A DNA stretch of 60,599 bases, filler included, from Sphacelaria rigidula (lineage: Eukaryota), in NCBI GenBank assembly GCA_964200075.2. It is 4 parts of 4 records of this genome, joined end to end, with 100 filler letters (N's around TTAATTAATTAA, not from the genome) between each part and the next. Parts side by side here need not be neighbours in the genome. Positions count along the whole stretch, not along the records: positions 15,182 to 30,255 come from CAXNAA020001917.1; positions 30,356 to 45,429 come from CAXNAA020001918.1; 2 more parts are not named here. The stretch is one strand, 5' to 3'. This document shows positions 25,866 to 39,389 of this stretch, piece by piece. The translations under genes were made by a program, and so were the position numbers. The notes under the pieces were generated by a model. The model saw only the letters and a list, made by a program, of their open reading frames with translations, was not told where the DNA came from and made no database searches. How positions within the stretch are numbered: the first letter of the stretch is position 1; the number at the start of each line of letters is the position of its first letter.

Positions 25866-28049
25866 CCCCGAATCTGCAGGAAGTGACGTACTCACATTGG
25901 CGTACAGTGATAGGGAACAGGCGTTTATATTTTTGCAACCGCAGCAGCAGACAGTCTCGTGACAGCACACGCCATTCCTGCCAGCGCCGACTGCTGGAGC
26001 AGCTTCGTACGGGGTTTGGCAAGCGTATAAGAAGTGTTGACGCCGTACTCTGTGGCGATGGTTACATATTATGCTGCACTGCGCTCCTGTATGTATCATC
26101 ATAACGAACGGTACTGAGCTATCCTACTCTGCTGTAGCTGTACTTGCACTGCACTCGCGATCTCTTTTCGCATACTGTTCACTGTCCTCGCAATACCGAC
26201 TGTACCATCAAGTATTACTACACGGCATTATCGTGTACTGTGATGATGGGGTGTGCTGTAGGGTACCACGGTACGACGCTGCTCTTGAAGGATGATCCAC
26301 TGCCTGCCTGTTCTTCGGCTTCCCTGTGAATTCGATACCACACCCCTGCAGAAAATGACCCTCCGCGTGCAGAACTATATCAACAAGTCTGTGAAGCCAC
26401 AGGCCGTAATGCAGTCCTGCACCAAAAGAAGAAAAACAATTATTTCGGAACATAATTGGAGCTCTTTTCATCCCCTCACGCACTGCTGCAACGCCAAACC
26501 CCGGATCTAGACGTGTTGATTGTCGTCTACATGACGTGTCAGCAAAATTTCAGGACATAAAAGCGACAACAGCGCGCGCATGACCGTGCCTCCTACCCTG
26601 AGCATCTCTACAGTCGATACAGGAATGTGTTTTTTACAGATTGCCATCATCCACAGGCGGCGGCAGAAATGATATATGTTTGTTTGCGAGCACGTCAGCC
26701 TCCCAGATGGTTACGATGCGGAAGTGAGTGCGCTACCGCGTCCACATGTGCATTCACTCACGGTACACAGCATCTCGGCCGCCAGGTAATCGTTTTGAGG
26801 CCATACAGACGGTATTGCCCAAAACTGGAATTCGCTTTGTTTGATTTGCTCGCGGAAGGAAAGTGGCTGCGCTCCGGTGCATACACTGGCTGTGGTGTGC
26901 CCGACTGGTGCACCAAGTTTCACGTTGGAGCCCTCAGCAGCGGTCGAGAACTTCACAATCAAAAATGAAGTGCAAAAGTCGAAAATGGCACCGGTCGACC
27001 GTTGAAAGATACACCGGCTGCAGTTACGCCGCATAATCTTCGTACGAAACCATACTGGCGCAACCGCGGCGCCCCTGCGGCAGCACAGGAGAGATGGGGA
27101 CAAGCGCACAACCGTACTTGCCAGTACTGTGGATTCGGCTTCGCCACATCACCTCGCCAACCGATATGCCTTCAATCATGTCGGCATTAACAGGGCATCT
27201 AGTGTTGTGTTCTTGATTCACGCTGTATTGAGCTGCAGGCGACAGAAAACTGTACACGATTGCACTGCCGAACATGGTAAAGACAAACAGTAGCGTTGTA
27301 CAGTAGTAGTAGTCACACATCAGAAAAAGGGGTGCAGCACATCACACATTTTCATACTGTAATTTATGTGAAGTTTTCAGTGTTGAAGGCGGTGCAATTA
27401 GCTGTGCAATGCATGCATGCACAAAAGTGTGTCGTGTTGCTTGCTCGTTGAAACAAATGATCTAATTCCTTTTCATGTGGATTGAATACATCATGCACTA
27501 GCCGAAACGCGTCCTTTTGGCCTGTTGCCCTGAGCTTGGTCGCCACCTACCGGCGAATCGTTGTGCACGAGATGCACCAATGAAGAGCACCACTATTCAG
27601 ACCACCCCACGCGGGAAATCATCACTATTTCAGCCAGATATCTACACCCATGATCCCGCCTTGAGCGAAGCTTGCAACCGATGCCACGTGCTGATATCAG
27701 CCGAATGCTTGTCAAATGGTTATTCTATGCGGGCATTCCGGTATTGGAGTTTTTTTTCTTTGGCGCAGGACTGATAAATCCCCCGAAATAGTCTTAGAGA
27801 GGTCGGGAGTGATGGGGTGGTCCATCTGAAAGTCATTTGTCATGAATTTAGGTCAGGGATAGCACGGCTTTAGATTTGAACCTCACTTTTTTCTCAACCC
27901 CATTTTCAAGAATCCACTGTAATCAGTGCAGTATCTGCCGCAGGCTATCTTCGCTTTATCCCCATATTTTCAACTGCGACAGGAGTGGGCGCAGCCAGAA
28001 ACTGGAGTACTGGTAGGCATACGTTTTATCTACACAGGACAACTTGAGT

Positions 28050-28190
28050 TGTCTCTGCAGCTACTGTCTGTATCGAGTTATTGCCATCTCAGTAGGGGGC
28101 GTTAAATGCGGCGTGAAAACCTATCCAGTCATGGGTGGTATCCGAATTGAGCGGAAAGTAATTACGCCGCGTTCGGTCGGTATTGTTCCA
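28050..28190 (+). repeat. Unclassified dispersed repeat (second copy of 10170-10310)
   Basis: By-eye alignment to the reverse complement of 10170-10310. Confidence 0.65.
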
Positions 28191-29530
28191 TGCTGGGGTT
28201 ATGCTTTTGCTTTCTACGCGCATTTGCCCGTATTTCATGGGTTTCATTTCATTTTTTCTTATGCTCAAAGGTGAAAATTATGCCCCGATTTATGCATACT
28301 TTGGTGAAATAGGCGCGACTTTTGCGCCTCTTTCGCATCCTTCTTGAGTCGGTTCCTGGCGGCACCCCTCATGGAACGTGGCTTGCTAGCATGAAAGAAA
28401 AAGCGCATAGATCTGCGGCGAAGAACATGGGCAAATGGCATACTTCCTCTGTTTCATAAGTCTGTGCAGTTACATTTGTAGGAGCCCTTTACGATGTCCA
28501 ATTTGATTTCCTTTTTTTTAATGCATTCGCTGGCGTTTTTTAGCCAAGAGCATCAGTCTTTCTACCACGTGGGTGCTTGACCCGCGCAGCCTCGCGGCCG
28601 AGAAAAAATAGGTCGGTCAAAATATGGCCATTTTTCGCTCTTTTTCCCAGTCAAGCATAGGCGACCCGGGAACACGAAAAATCGCGGGAAAAGATGAAAA
28701 AAATGAAAATCGCAAACCACCATTGATTTCGGATACCTCCGTGACGTTAACCTACGCACGCCCCATCTAACAAATTTTCAGCATGGAGTCGAAAAAGGAG
28801 CGAAATAGTTTGAGGACACGTGACGACGCGCGGACGAACGAGAATCGAACCGCCATCACAAACGAGAGGCTATTGCGCCGAGGGCCGCCAATCGAAGAAT
28901 CCTGTCTGCTCGTATAGGTTGTTGATCATGTCCTTAGACGGTGACTCTGCAGTGCCCACTGGTGTGTGTCTGCATCTACTCTACTGCCCTGAATCCCTAG
29001 GACTTTTCCGTCCTTTTTTCTTGTTTTGGATCGGCCATTTCTTTCTGTGATCTGCTTTTGTTGACTTTTTATTATAATTATTAATTTCATCACAATCATT
29101 TTTTTCTTCATCACTACTTTTCCCTCCCCCACGTCTTAGACTACGATGTCGTTCTGTTCGACTTTTTCTGTTCCTTTTTTTTCTTCAGCGAGTGTTGACA
29201 GTTTTGTTTTTTCTTGGGTACGTCTATCATGTGACCACGGCTGAATCATGATCCCTGGGGGGTCAGTTTAAGTACGACAATGAATCAATCAATCAAATAA
29301 AAATCAAAAGCATACGTCTGGCGTGAGATACGTCACATTTTTTTAATCAGTTTTACATAAACGTGGAGCAGTCGTCATACAGCACAACAACCCATATCAG
29401 ACCCGCAACAAAATTCCAAAAAATAAATTACGAACACAAACGCCACGACTCGACGACCCACGCTACATGGAGCACCCGTGGGCAGCTACTAGCTGCTGGG
29501 CATGGGGTGCATAATCCCGTTGGAGTACTA

Positions 29531-30072
29531 CGAGCTGGACCAGCAGTAAATCACGCATTCGCTTTCCACACCACAACTTCTCAGGTTTTCCAAATCAACT
29601 CGATTTGAGCATAATATCGCTGTGAAGTGCAGACCAACCTGGTAACACACGGCACCGCCGCTGAATGGAAAAAAATAATGAAAAAAATGTACTGCATAAC
29701 ATATAGCCTTAACGACAGACGAAAAAATATATAATCTGTCGGGATTCGAACTCATGACCTCCATGACCTCCATAATTGGAGTCTCTTGTATCACTTGAAT
29801 TAAACGGGAGCAGCCATGTCACACGAAAAGTGCGGCGCAAAGCCCAATTTGAGGGACTTTTGACCGAAACTTTACCAGAAGGTCCTTGACGCGAGTGCCC
29901 GTATGTGCTGGAGCGTTCTCGTCGTTTTTATCAATTTTCAAGGAAGTTATAGCATTTTCCCTCGTTTCGCTGAAACTTCAACTCGCTCTATTTTTTTATT
30001 TTTTTTTCCTCTACAGTACCAATAGGGTCGCGCGGGTTGATGATTAAAAGGCCGTGTCAAAATTTCAGCACC
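29531..30072 (+). mobile_element. Tc1/mariner-like MITE family A, copy 2 (right end interrupted)
   Basis: TA|CGAGCTGGACCAGC start, body colinear with copies 1 and 3. Homology stops at the TAA target of the next element. Confidence 0.8.
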
Positions 30073-30075
30073 TAA

Positions 30076-30212
30076 GACCCCCTTTTATGGCAAGCATGAA
30101 TCTTGATTTTTTCAAAATCGGGGGGAAAAAAAATCGGGGGACGCATTTTATGGACACGAATTTGGACCAAGTCGGGGCCAAAAAAATCGGGGGGTCACGA
30201 TCTCGGAAACGA
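30076..30212 (+). mobile_element. PIF/Harbinger-like MITE left end nested in family A copy
   Basis: TAA|GACCCCCTTTTATGGC, colinear with 25726-25865. Confidence 0.55.
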
Positions 30213-30255
30213 ACGCTACTGCACTCTCCTAGCTGTTGTCGCTGTGCTTGAGGGG

Positions 30256-30355
30256 NNNNNNNNNNNNNNNNNNNNNNNNNNNNNNNNNNNNNNNNNNNNT
30301 TAATTAATTAANNNNNNNNNNNNNNNNNNNNNNNNNNNNNNNNNNNNNNNNNNNN
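30256..30355. other. Artificial contig linker
   Basis: N44-TTAATTAATTAA-N44. Confidence 0.97.
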
Positions 30356-33300
30356 CTCTCAGAGAACGGATATCATGACTCGTCGGGCCTCCAGTCCGGG
30401 CGCGCGCGAGACGCCGCCGCCCCCCCCCCCCCCTGGCAGAGGGCCCCCCCCTGGAGGCGTCGCGCAGGAGGTACGTTTGTACACGATTTGGCTTCACTAG
30501 AGCTAAAAATACGTTAAATTAGGCCAATTTTCAAGGGCTGTGTGTAGCATACGTAGCCGGTAACGGTAAATGATGGTTTGAAACCATTCTCCGAAAAATG
30601 TATATAATCATTACCAGTATGACCATGATAGTGATCGTGGTCAGTTAGAAGTGGTATCATTTCCGAGCTCTAGTAGTGGGAGTCATGCAACCTTTTTTTG
30701 CTGAAATCGACGTCTTTACTCTTTGACCGCGAGGGTAGGTCACCCGCTGAATCGGCATCAATACTCATTTGGAAAAAATATGCATGATCCAGATGGACTA
30801 CCCGCACCGCGGTCTTGGGGTTAAAAACAGCACCATACATGGAGTCTCCCGCTGACATGATGTTGTTGACACCGGGCGTGTTCAGCAATCGCAATGATAA
30901 TGACAGTAAAAAATCCCCGACATCGGTTATCATTGGGCACCCATTCGATGAACAGAAAAAAGCGCCGCCAGATTTCGGTAGCTGGCCGCCTTATCCCTCG
31001 CCCCCCGTTGATATTTTTTGGTGCAGGAGCAGCTAACCAAAAATAAAAATAAAAATAAGGAACCTGCTGACAGTCATTTAGGGGCTATGTAGCCCAAGGC
31101 CACGGATGATCACCCTGTGGGTATGAGAGGGCGAAGTTATCTTCAAATGATGGTGACGTCAAATAGTTGGGTGCACATGAATGAATTTACCATGTGTTCA
31201 GCCTCGGGTGCACAGCTCTCCCTTGTGGTATCGCAGCCCCGGTAGGTGTGCCGCCTGCGTTTTTGCTACGAATAGCTACGAGTACACTTAATAGATTGTT
31301 GGCTATAAAGTACAGGCAGTACAAAGTATGGTGTGTATTATATCGACATCCGCATCATATTGGTGAAATATGGTAAACGCATGCTCCATGACGGCTTCGG
31401 ATAAAAGGTTGAACCTTTGCTTGAGTTATATGGTGCCTTCTCTGGAACGCGGGTGTGGATCTCCGACAGAGACGAGAACCAGCGCATGATAGCTGTTGTT
31501 GGTACTGGTATCTTCGGATGAGTTTCGTGATCGCACGGCGGAAAAATAACCCAGGGTGGGCTACTGCTGTGCGAACATACGGACATACTTGTTTCTACTC
31601 TACTTTCGGAACAGAGGGTCAAAGGGCGAGATTTGCGGAAATGAACCACGTATTAGCTCCTGCATCGAGAGGAACAGCAACAACCACAGTAACACCAACA
31701 CCGACAACGAACATGTCGGCCAGCGTAAATTGCCTCAGCCGGGCAAGGCAAGATGCAGTCTTGCAGATGCAAGACTGCTCAAGACTGATCAAATCGGTTA
31801 GACGATGGACACTGACTACTGAAAATCAGGCGCCAAACCAGGACGAACTAGAGTCTGTCTCCGACACACTAGGCGTCGAAACACACACGGCCCCCCCCCC
31901 CCCGCCCACCCCCCCCCCCCCCCCCCCCCCACCCCCCCCCCCCCCCCCCCCCCCCCCAACTTCTACGGACATCCCAGGATGCAAACAGCCGCGTCGCCGC
32001 TCATTCGCCAGAAACTGTACTGTTTGGTACCACCATGTGCATCTAGCATGGAGGCATATTTCAACTCAGTGTTCCTGGTCGGCGGCAGTCTTCTTCGTTA
32101 CTGCTGTAGGCCCAACTAACCCCCTTCCACTTTGTACACCCCGTCAGCGGCGGTGCCCTTTCCATTTCCAAATGTTCGCCGATAATATTACTGCATCCGA
32201 ATCTTACCTAGGCGATCAAAGACGCTCTCAGGCGCACGCGTAGGCCTGCTTTGTCTATACGGCGCAGCCGCTTCCGCCCTGGAGGCTCGTCCCACGCCGC
32301 CGGCGCGCGCCCGGATAGGGCCTGCGCCGCCAAGACTTGATTGCGGAGCGCGCTGGGTAGACGCTATGGCAGATCGGAATGTGCCGCCCCCCCCACCGCC
32401 GCTTCCATGTGCCACGATGACTTCTGAATGAGCTCTCATGCTGTTGCTGTGGCCTTCGTAGTGATGCTGACTGCTTCGCATCTTTATCGTCACTCACGGC
32501 TCCCAATTCCTGTCCCCGAGTATGGTCGGCTGACTGAAAGCTCTGCTTTTAGAGCGGTTTTGTGTGCTGCTGGTGTGGTGCTTGCTGTGTGGGGGAGGTG
32601 TGATAGAAGGGATTTGGGGGTGCAGCAGCTTTTCGCTTGAAATCTTGTTGCTGCTGTTGATGGTGCTGTTTTATTATGTTACGCCCTCGTCCTTTGTTCG
32701 CGATCTATCTCTATTCGACCCTTAGCCCACAGAGATCGCGTCCGCTGTCCGTCCGATCTGGGATGTCATGTCTTCCGGCGACCGGTGACCTGAACTTCGT
32801 GTCCAATCATGGAAGTACAACTGAGCTGATACGTAAATTTTATTTTCTTCTTGACACTTTCGATACAATTATGCCCAGGGTCAGTTTCCGCGTTTCGTGC
32901 TTTTGCACACTCGGAACCCCTCCCCTATGAAAATACTTCAGACATGAGTAAAAGATTTGTGCATGAAGCGACCAATAATACCTGAAAAATCAAAGCAGCT
33001 TCAAGGGGTCCAATGGTGGCCGAGAGAGTTACATTATAGCTCGAACAGTACTTGATTGCCCTCATGGTTCGATCCGCCATTATCGTCAAGCTACTATACG
33101 AAATGAACATGAATCAGGTTGCAATGAATAATGACTGATTTCTGATTTCGCGAAATCGAACATTCCGATCCGGAGTACGGTACTGGTTTTCAGCTGAAAT
33201 ACAAGAAGGGGATTTGTGTAACTTTGTCGCAGTCAGCGATACTCAGCAGTTTTTTCGTGCCACTGCTCATCTCAGAAAAAAATTGATCCCGAATAATAAT

Positions 33301-33789
33301 AGGAAAAATCTACGAAAAACAAAATTTATTTTTGCGTCGAATACTGAACGCCCTACGGGCTGAATTGACAGGGGGTGTTACTGACCGCTTCTGGTCCAAA
33401 GCACATTCCCTTTCGGCCCTAGCGCAATGTATAGGTGTACAGTATATAAAAAATAAGGCCCTGCAAAGTTATTCATGAACGCGATCATAATTGGTTTACC
33501 CCCCCCCCCCTGTGCTATGCAGAGCTCCGTTGGGCAACGTTCGTAGTTGGGTACATTTCTGAACTTTCTCGTGTTGTATTCTCCCTTACTTAGCACTCGA
33601 AAGTCCTAGCAGCGTCGATAGATATTTGGAAAATATGCAGATCGCGCTCAGGACACAATGCTCTATTGGTGCTGTCGGGGTGATACGGACAAAGTACCTT
33701 GCTTATCAGGGGGTATTATCGACAATCACTGATCCAAAATACACAGTTTTTCGGCTCTAGCGCGATAAGTTGGTGAAAATTCAAAAGCA

Positions 33790-33873
33790 TGTGTGACCCC
33801 GGCTGGTGCGCCCACTTGTACCGAAAGGTGTAGACCGGCGTCCAGAATAGATGGGACGACAACACAACACACA
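33790..33873 (+). mobile_element. 5'-truncated SINE copy (3' end only)
   Basis: CCCGGCTGGTGCGCCCAC..TACCGAAAGGTGTAGACCGGCGTCCAGAATAGATGGGACGACAACACAACACAC, shared with the other two copies. Confidence 0.8.
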
Positions 33874-33890
33874 TATATCCCTCCTTTAAA

Positions 33891-34322
33891 ACGGGATCTT
33901 ACAAATTGGGGATGGATCTTTTATTATTGGGGATGAGAAACGTGGAGAATTAAAATCTTCGTATCCACACCAAACCTTCGGAATATAGTTTCATTTCTTC
34001 ACCACCTACTGATAGCTGTTAACAACTGCTACACGCCATACAATTTTGGGTTCCGATAAACGAAATGTTGGGGTCCTAGGTGAAGAACCAATATTGGGGA
34101 ATTCCGGGTGCCAAAATGGTTTCGAAATTGTTTTTTCACCGAGGACCCCAACATTTCGGTCATTGAAATCCAAATTTGTGTGGCGTGTAGCAGTTGTCAG
34201 TAACTATGAGTAGGTGAAGAAATGGAATCACATTTCGATTATGTGGTGTGGATACGAAGATTTTAATTCTCCGGGTTTCTCATCCCCAATAAAAGATCCA
34301 TCCCCAATTTGTAAGATCCCGT
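33891..34322. mobile_element. Long fold-back MITE (~200-bp arms)
   Basis: ACGGGATCTTACAAATTGGGGATGGATCTTTTATT / AATAAAAGATCCATCCCCAATTTGTAAGATCCCGT, with pairing continuing inward to GGGGTCCT.GGTGAA / TTCACCGAGGACCCC. Confidence 0.9.
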
Positions 34323-35950
34323 GTTCTTGACATCATCATATGTTCACGAGAACGATTGGAGTTGCTGCAATATGGAGCAAAAATACCCAAGGGCCATAAC
34401 CTGGGGCTGGGTAGTCGCAGGACCCTCGAAAACTGGTCAGCCCGTAAGTCGTTCAATGTTGACTGCAGAGATGGTTGTGTTTCGAAATGGGAAGTGGATG
34501 CCTAGAATCTCCCGATCCGCAAATTTTGGAATCAAACATTCGCAGGGATGCGGGATCGCACGCGACAACACTTTTGAAGATCACCGACTACGAAAATAAT
34601 ACAAACAAATGTAGCAAAAAGAAAAGGGTGTCAAAAACTGAGGCGGAAAGACTTCAAAACTGTTCGCACACACCCTTAATATTTGACACGGGATTTTACA
34701 AAATAATTGCAGACGGATTTTTTTTTTTGATTAGCGAAGCTGCACACCACGGCCTAATAAGAGTGCATTTGTACTTGATAAAACAAAAAATTATGCTCGT
34801 GGAGGCTCCCGCCATGGTTTGGAAATGACCCGGACCAAGTCAGTTGCTTGTGCACGGGGGGGAAACCGACAACGATGGTTTTGTGCGTCTTGTGCCCGTA
34901 GATGAGTGATCCTACGATGGGGTGGAGGGGGGGGGGGGGGGGGCGGGGATTCCACGAAAAACACAGACGACCTGACACGTTCGCGGTGTGCTTGTGTAGT
35001 TCCATGAAAATGGCGTCAAGCAGTATGGATGCGCATTATTATTGGTAGCATGTACGTTCGGCTAATGTACAGCGCCGCATCATGAAACACGGACCAATAA
35101 TAAGAGGGAGAAGAGAGAGGATCTTAAACTTTGTGGTGTGTATGGAAGATAAGCTTCATTCAGCCAGAGAACCAGAATGTCGCTCCTTCCTGCAAGAAGG
35201 AATGATATGTCTGGCACCGCCCGCCAAATGCGTACGCAGCGCGGTGGAGGACCTGGTGGGGGTGCACAACACCGACTTCTCTCTCTCCACTCTGCATTTC
35301 GGTTCCCGATCAAAACGAAGGAAGCGTCGGTGCGTGGAAGTGTCCCGAGACAGAAGACACTACAACAGTATCCTGGCGGCTGGCGGCTGGCGGCTGCACT
35401 GCACTGTATCGTAGTGAGACAAAAAAAAAAGTGCTTCAATGCTTCGGTCGCTGCCCGCTGGGTCTCTCCTTCTCTGCCGATGTGATTGATGTGAACCAGC
35501 ATCAACCGAAAATAATTACATGATCAAGATAACGTCTTGATACGGTGACATGGGAGCCCTAGGTTTCAACGGGTTATATAACGCGCGTCAAATGCTCGGC
35601 AGCGAACTTTTTCATGTTGACGTTACCTCTCCACGAAAAACAACTATTCCGAACCTCCGGTGGGGAAAAAAAAAAGCAGCCTGCTGGCACATGGGCATAC
35701 GAAGGGTCAAGTACACTGGAGACGAGATGTGAACAATTGTATTTACACAATCCTTCATTCCGACACATGCAAGAGCCTGCATCCTCGCGCCTCTAAGATA
35801 CTATGTTGGCCAGTAATAGCCTTGCGAGGGAAACACGCGTACGTAAGTGTTGTAGAAACCCAACGCGGTACTGTTCCTGGTACATGCTACTCGACACCCC
35901 CTTTACCCCCGGTTCCACATATTGTAGACAAGGAGGAGGAAACATGTATA

Positions 35951-36375
35951 GCTATACGGTACACGTGACTCACGTGACACGTTTGAAAAAACGTGACTTC
36001 GGGTCATTTAACGCTACGTAAGGTTTGATTTTTCGGATGGGACAAGTGTGTCGTAACGTGATGTAACGTGTGGTCCTTTGAGCAGTGTCTCTTGGAATTT
36101 TCCAGATGTAAAAAAGGCTGTTTCTCGTGAATTTGTAACGCGCCACGTGTCACATTACAAATTCACAAAAACGAGCAAAGTTTTTGTCACACCTGGAAAA
36201 TAAAACGCGACGTTAGGCTTCATTCGAAGGACCACACGTCACATCACATTACGTTACATCTGGCCCGTCCAAAAAATAAAACCTTACGAAGCGTTAAATG
36301 ACCCGAAGTCACGTTTTTTCAAATGTGTCACGTGTCACTTGTCACGTGTCACTTGTCACGTGTCACGTTTATAGC
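35951..36375. mobile_element. Long fold-back MITE with CACGTG(A/T)CA subterminal repeats
   Basis: TTTGAAAAAACGTGACTTCGGGTCATTTAACGCT / AGCGTTAAATGACCCGAAGTCACGTTTTTTCAAA, with GCTATA..TATAGC ends. Confidence 0.85.
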
Positions 36376-36549
36376 CATGAAATATGGCGAAAAAAAAACA
36401 TTTTTCCAATGAACGTTGGATGCCCCTCAAAGTAAGTGTCAATCAAACTTGAAAATACTGTTCGTCGTGGGTTGAGTAATACATCCGTTAACACCAGGCC
36501 GACGACAACTTGTTAACTGGCAATTCCCGACTATTGCAAGGTAGTATTC

Positions 36550-36884
36550 TGTAGGGTATACCAGCTAAAATTCGGGTATGTACAGAAGTGTAAAAGAGGC
36601 ATTTTAACGGCACCCTTCCCTTTCTCGCGTAGATTTTTTGTTTCCTACCTTCCTCTGCGGGCTGTTTGAGTTATGTGTATGGGTGGTATGCTCCTTGCAC
36701 TCTGTGACCACTGATTGGAGAGATCAAGCTAATGTGACGAACAGAATAATTCCGGACTATCCCGGAGTGTTCGGAACAGGGCTCGACACCCGGTCGAACC
36801 GTACCGGGATGTTCGATACAAGTTTCGGTACAACATGGTATAGCATGCCAACCAAATCCCCCCCACTTCCGGTTATACCCTACA
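36550..36884. mobile_element. Possible small MITE
   Basis: 11-bp perfect IR TGTAGGGTATA / TATACCCTACA. No TSD recognisable. Confidence 0.45.
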
Positions 36885-36980
36885 AAACACACACGCACAA
36901 CCTCGGGCTATTGCGGGAGACAAGTGCCCACTTTCATATTTACAAGTATGTTGCTGCCGACACCAATAGCAAGACAAGAG

Positions 36981-37883
36981 CTACCGCGGCGGGGTAGACA
37001 CCGTAACTTCAGGGTCGTCAACGCTGTCTCTGTCGCCCACAATAACCGCCGGCACCACCGCCGCTCGCTTACTCCTTTCATCTCCACCAACCTTAATACT
37101 CGACGCAAGGAGCGTCCTATCGACCTTGCCACGTGAAGAACCGCCGGACCCTACACCACGGCCACTACCAGCAAGGGTAACACCATCATCACCGACGCAG
37201 CCATCGACACCAACTACCCGACCCCTACCAACAGAGACAGTATCAGCGGCACTAGCGACTACAGCAGCACTACGCTGATTTCCTCCGTGGTTTGACTCCG
37301 AGAACGATGGTGGTGATAGTACCGGCAAGCACGCGCCTTGGTCGGTACCATCGGCGGCCACGGGAGATAAACGGCTGCCAAGGTGGTTTCCCGATGTCCA
37401 TCGTCCCAGCGGGTTTTCTGAGTATCCGGTTGTACCGGGTTTATCTGCCACGGGACCGGTTCCAACCGCCGCAGAACCTTGGTTGACTCCTGCGGAACCC
37501 GCTCCAACTACGGTAGAGTCGCGGCCAAGTGCTACTATTGTGGATGACGATGATGGTGGTGATGACAAGGATGATGACAATGTGGCGTCGGTTCTCCTCG
37601 AGTCAGTAGCGATAAGGATATTAGCAGTGGAGGATATCGTGGTCGGGAGAGCAAAAGTGGATATTGCAGGCGCTAGACCCCCAGCTGCGCTCGGTGATAT
37701 CGCCGGCGGGGGATTGATCCTGCCCAAGCTGCCGTTTACGGCAGGGCTGGTGGACAACATCGGTCTTGTAATCGAAAGGGTACCTTTTTCGCCGAGTGGC
37801 ATCTTCTCTACTGCTGCTGGCGTTGATGGTGACGTTTTGTCAGCGAGTCCCTGCCCCAGTCTGCGTGGCGGACGGTGTTGGGC
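36981..37883 (-). CDS. CEP72: CEP72/LRRC36-like protein, terminal exon (low-complexity tail)
   Basis: Acceptor CCGTCAG|GCC at 37884/37883, phase 0. Begins AQHR, continuing the CEP72-like motif from the previous exon, and stays open to the stop at 36981. Confidence 0.7.
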   Translation of the reverse strand, partial: AQHRPPRRLGQGLADKTSPSTPAAVEKMPLGEKGTLSITRPMLSTSPAVNGSLGRINPPPAISPSAAGGLAPAISTFALPTTISSTANILIATDSRRTDATLSSSLSSPPSSSSTIVALGRDSTVVGAGSAGVNQGSAAVGTGPVADKPGTTGYSENPLGRWTSGNHLGSRLSPVAADGTDQGACLPVLSPPSFSESNHGGNQRSAAVVASAADTVSVGRGRVVGVDGCVGDDGVTLAGSGRGVGSGGSSRGKVDRTLLASSIKVGGDERSKRAAVVPAVIVGDRDSVDDPEVTVSTPPR

Positions 37884-38493
37884 CTGACGGGTAGGTTGGA
37901 GAGGGCGTATGGGAGGGGAAGGGGGAGCGAGGGGGGAAGAGGTGGGAAGGGAATGCTTAGACAATTGGAGGCAGATTACATCTGTTTTAGCAGTGATGGA
38001 ATCGATGTTGCTGCTGACGCGCGCTTTCATCACGAATCAAAAATCGTGGATATTTTGGTCCAAGTCTCCTCTAGATCGGAGGGCAAGCGCATCATTTCCA
38101 TGCACGCCGAAACAACTGATTTGCCATGCATCACACGTCGTCCGCTGGGACACCGAGCATTTTAGTCCCAGAAGCGCGGTCAACGATGGGTCAATCGCTC
38201 GTTCAAAAACCGCCGAAGCTGGGGAGAGACATTGGCCTCAAGAGAAAAAAAGTAATAGCCGACATAACAACTCTTCCAAGACCAACGTACGGGAGTGCAC
38301 ATAGGATGAAACATTCCCAATGCCAGTCGGTTGTAAGGGGGTGGTTTTTTGCGTATACGGACCAAAGCAGTCTGCAGCAAACTCGCGGTCAACGTAAGGC
38401 GAGAAGAAAAAAACAAAAACGCTCAACGGTTAGCAAAAGGACGATGCTACCGCAGGAGCACGAATGTTTGTGTCAACGTGATCGCCTCCTCAC

Positions 38494-38589
38494 CTCAGCG
38501 GCCTGAAGCCTTGACACGAGCCACGCATTTGACGCCAGTAGGGCTTCGTGAGCCTCGAACAACATCGAACGCAAGCCGCGCATGAACTC
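38494..38589 (-). CDS. CEP72: CEP72/LRRC36-like protein, conserved coiled-coil exon
   Basis: CACAG|...|GTGAGG, 96 bp, phase 0-0. Encodes EFMRGLRSMLFEAHEALLASNAWLVSRLQAAE, resembling the CEP72 C-terminal MLQESHSSLVSTNEHLLQEL motif (recalled, not searched). Not present in the ORF track. Confidence 0.75.
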
Positions 38590-38726
38590 CTGTGGCAGAG
38601 TAGGACGCACTCGGGTATGTTGCACAAGTTTCCTCGGCCATTACACAATCGAAAAAGTAAGTGTAGACATGAAGGACAGCTGACCTAGGTGTACCGGGGA
38701 GTAACGCCGCGATAGCCCCCCACAAA

Positions 38727-38885
38727 AAAAGTGGGTGGTTCGAGGAGGCCAAATCTACATGCGAATCGAAATGACAAAAGCTGAGCATACCGAGCAGCCG
38801 GGAACTCCAACCCTTGGAATCGTTCTCACCCACGTCGTCCATATGAGGCGCTCCATACAGTCTGAAACAAGCTATCACGAGCTGC
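38727..38885 (+). repeat. Intronic dispersed repeat, inverted relative to 43745-43900
   Basis: AAAAGTGG.TGGTT..GGAGGC.AAATCTACA...CCATAT.AGGCGC...CAG.CTGAAA is shared between the two copies. Confidence 0.8.
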
Positions 38886-39389
38886 CTATGGGTATTTTCT
38901 TTGTTATGGGGGAGGCTACTGCGGCATCACTCCGCAGCAGTCAAGACAAGACGGAACACCCATTAGTCGGAAGGAATGCAGGAGACATCATATGGAGCCC
39001 CACGTACGAGGTCACATCGGACAGGGGCCACAGTACGACGGCTCTTGTCGACTTGTTGATTATTTCCACGTCGAGTTGTTATTTCGATCTTTGAGGGGCG
39101 CTTAACGCCCATGACCACGCCCAGCAGACTAACAAACCGCTGGTGAACCACACAGCATTTTCTCATCACCTACAGAGGGCTATCACCGCTGAACCTTGGT
39201 TACATGGTATTGACCCGCAGTTGCTTTTAGAACCGTCGCTGTGCTTCCCCTTTCCCTCTAGCGGATGCCACCGGTACACACTGCTCGCGGATTCTCTTTC
39301 ACTGACCACGACTTCCCCTTGTGTGCCGGAAAACACAAGAGTCGACGCGAGGAGCAACGGCCTACGAACCAAACTACAGAACAGGTCAC

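Noticed and set aside
26292-27546. hAT core / BED-finger relics
   Set aside because: The resemblance (NWSS; HFCACMHC) is too weak and the two pieces lie on opposite strands.
31455-32243. 262-aa proline-rich ORF
   Set aside because: The poly-Pro comes from poly-C homopolymer tracts, and there is no recognisable domain or splice support.
38963-39169. Terminal exon of the LRR gene (VMRKCC...)
   Set aside because: It has an in-frame acceptor, but splicing to 38589 instead recovers the conserved CEP72-like motif. It remains possible only as a minor isoform.
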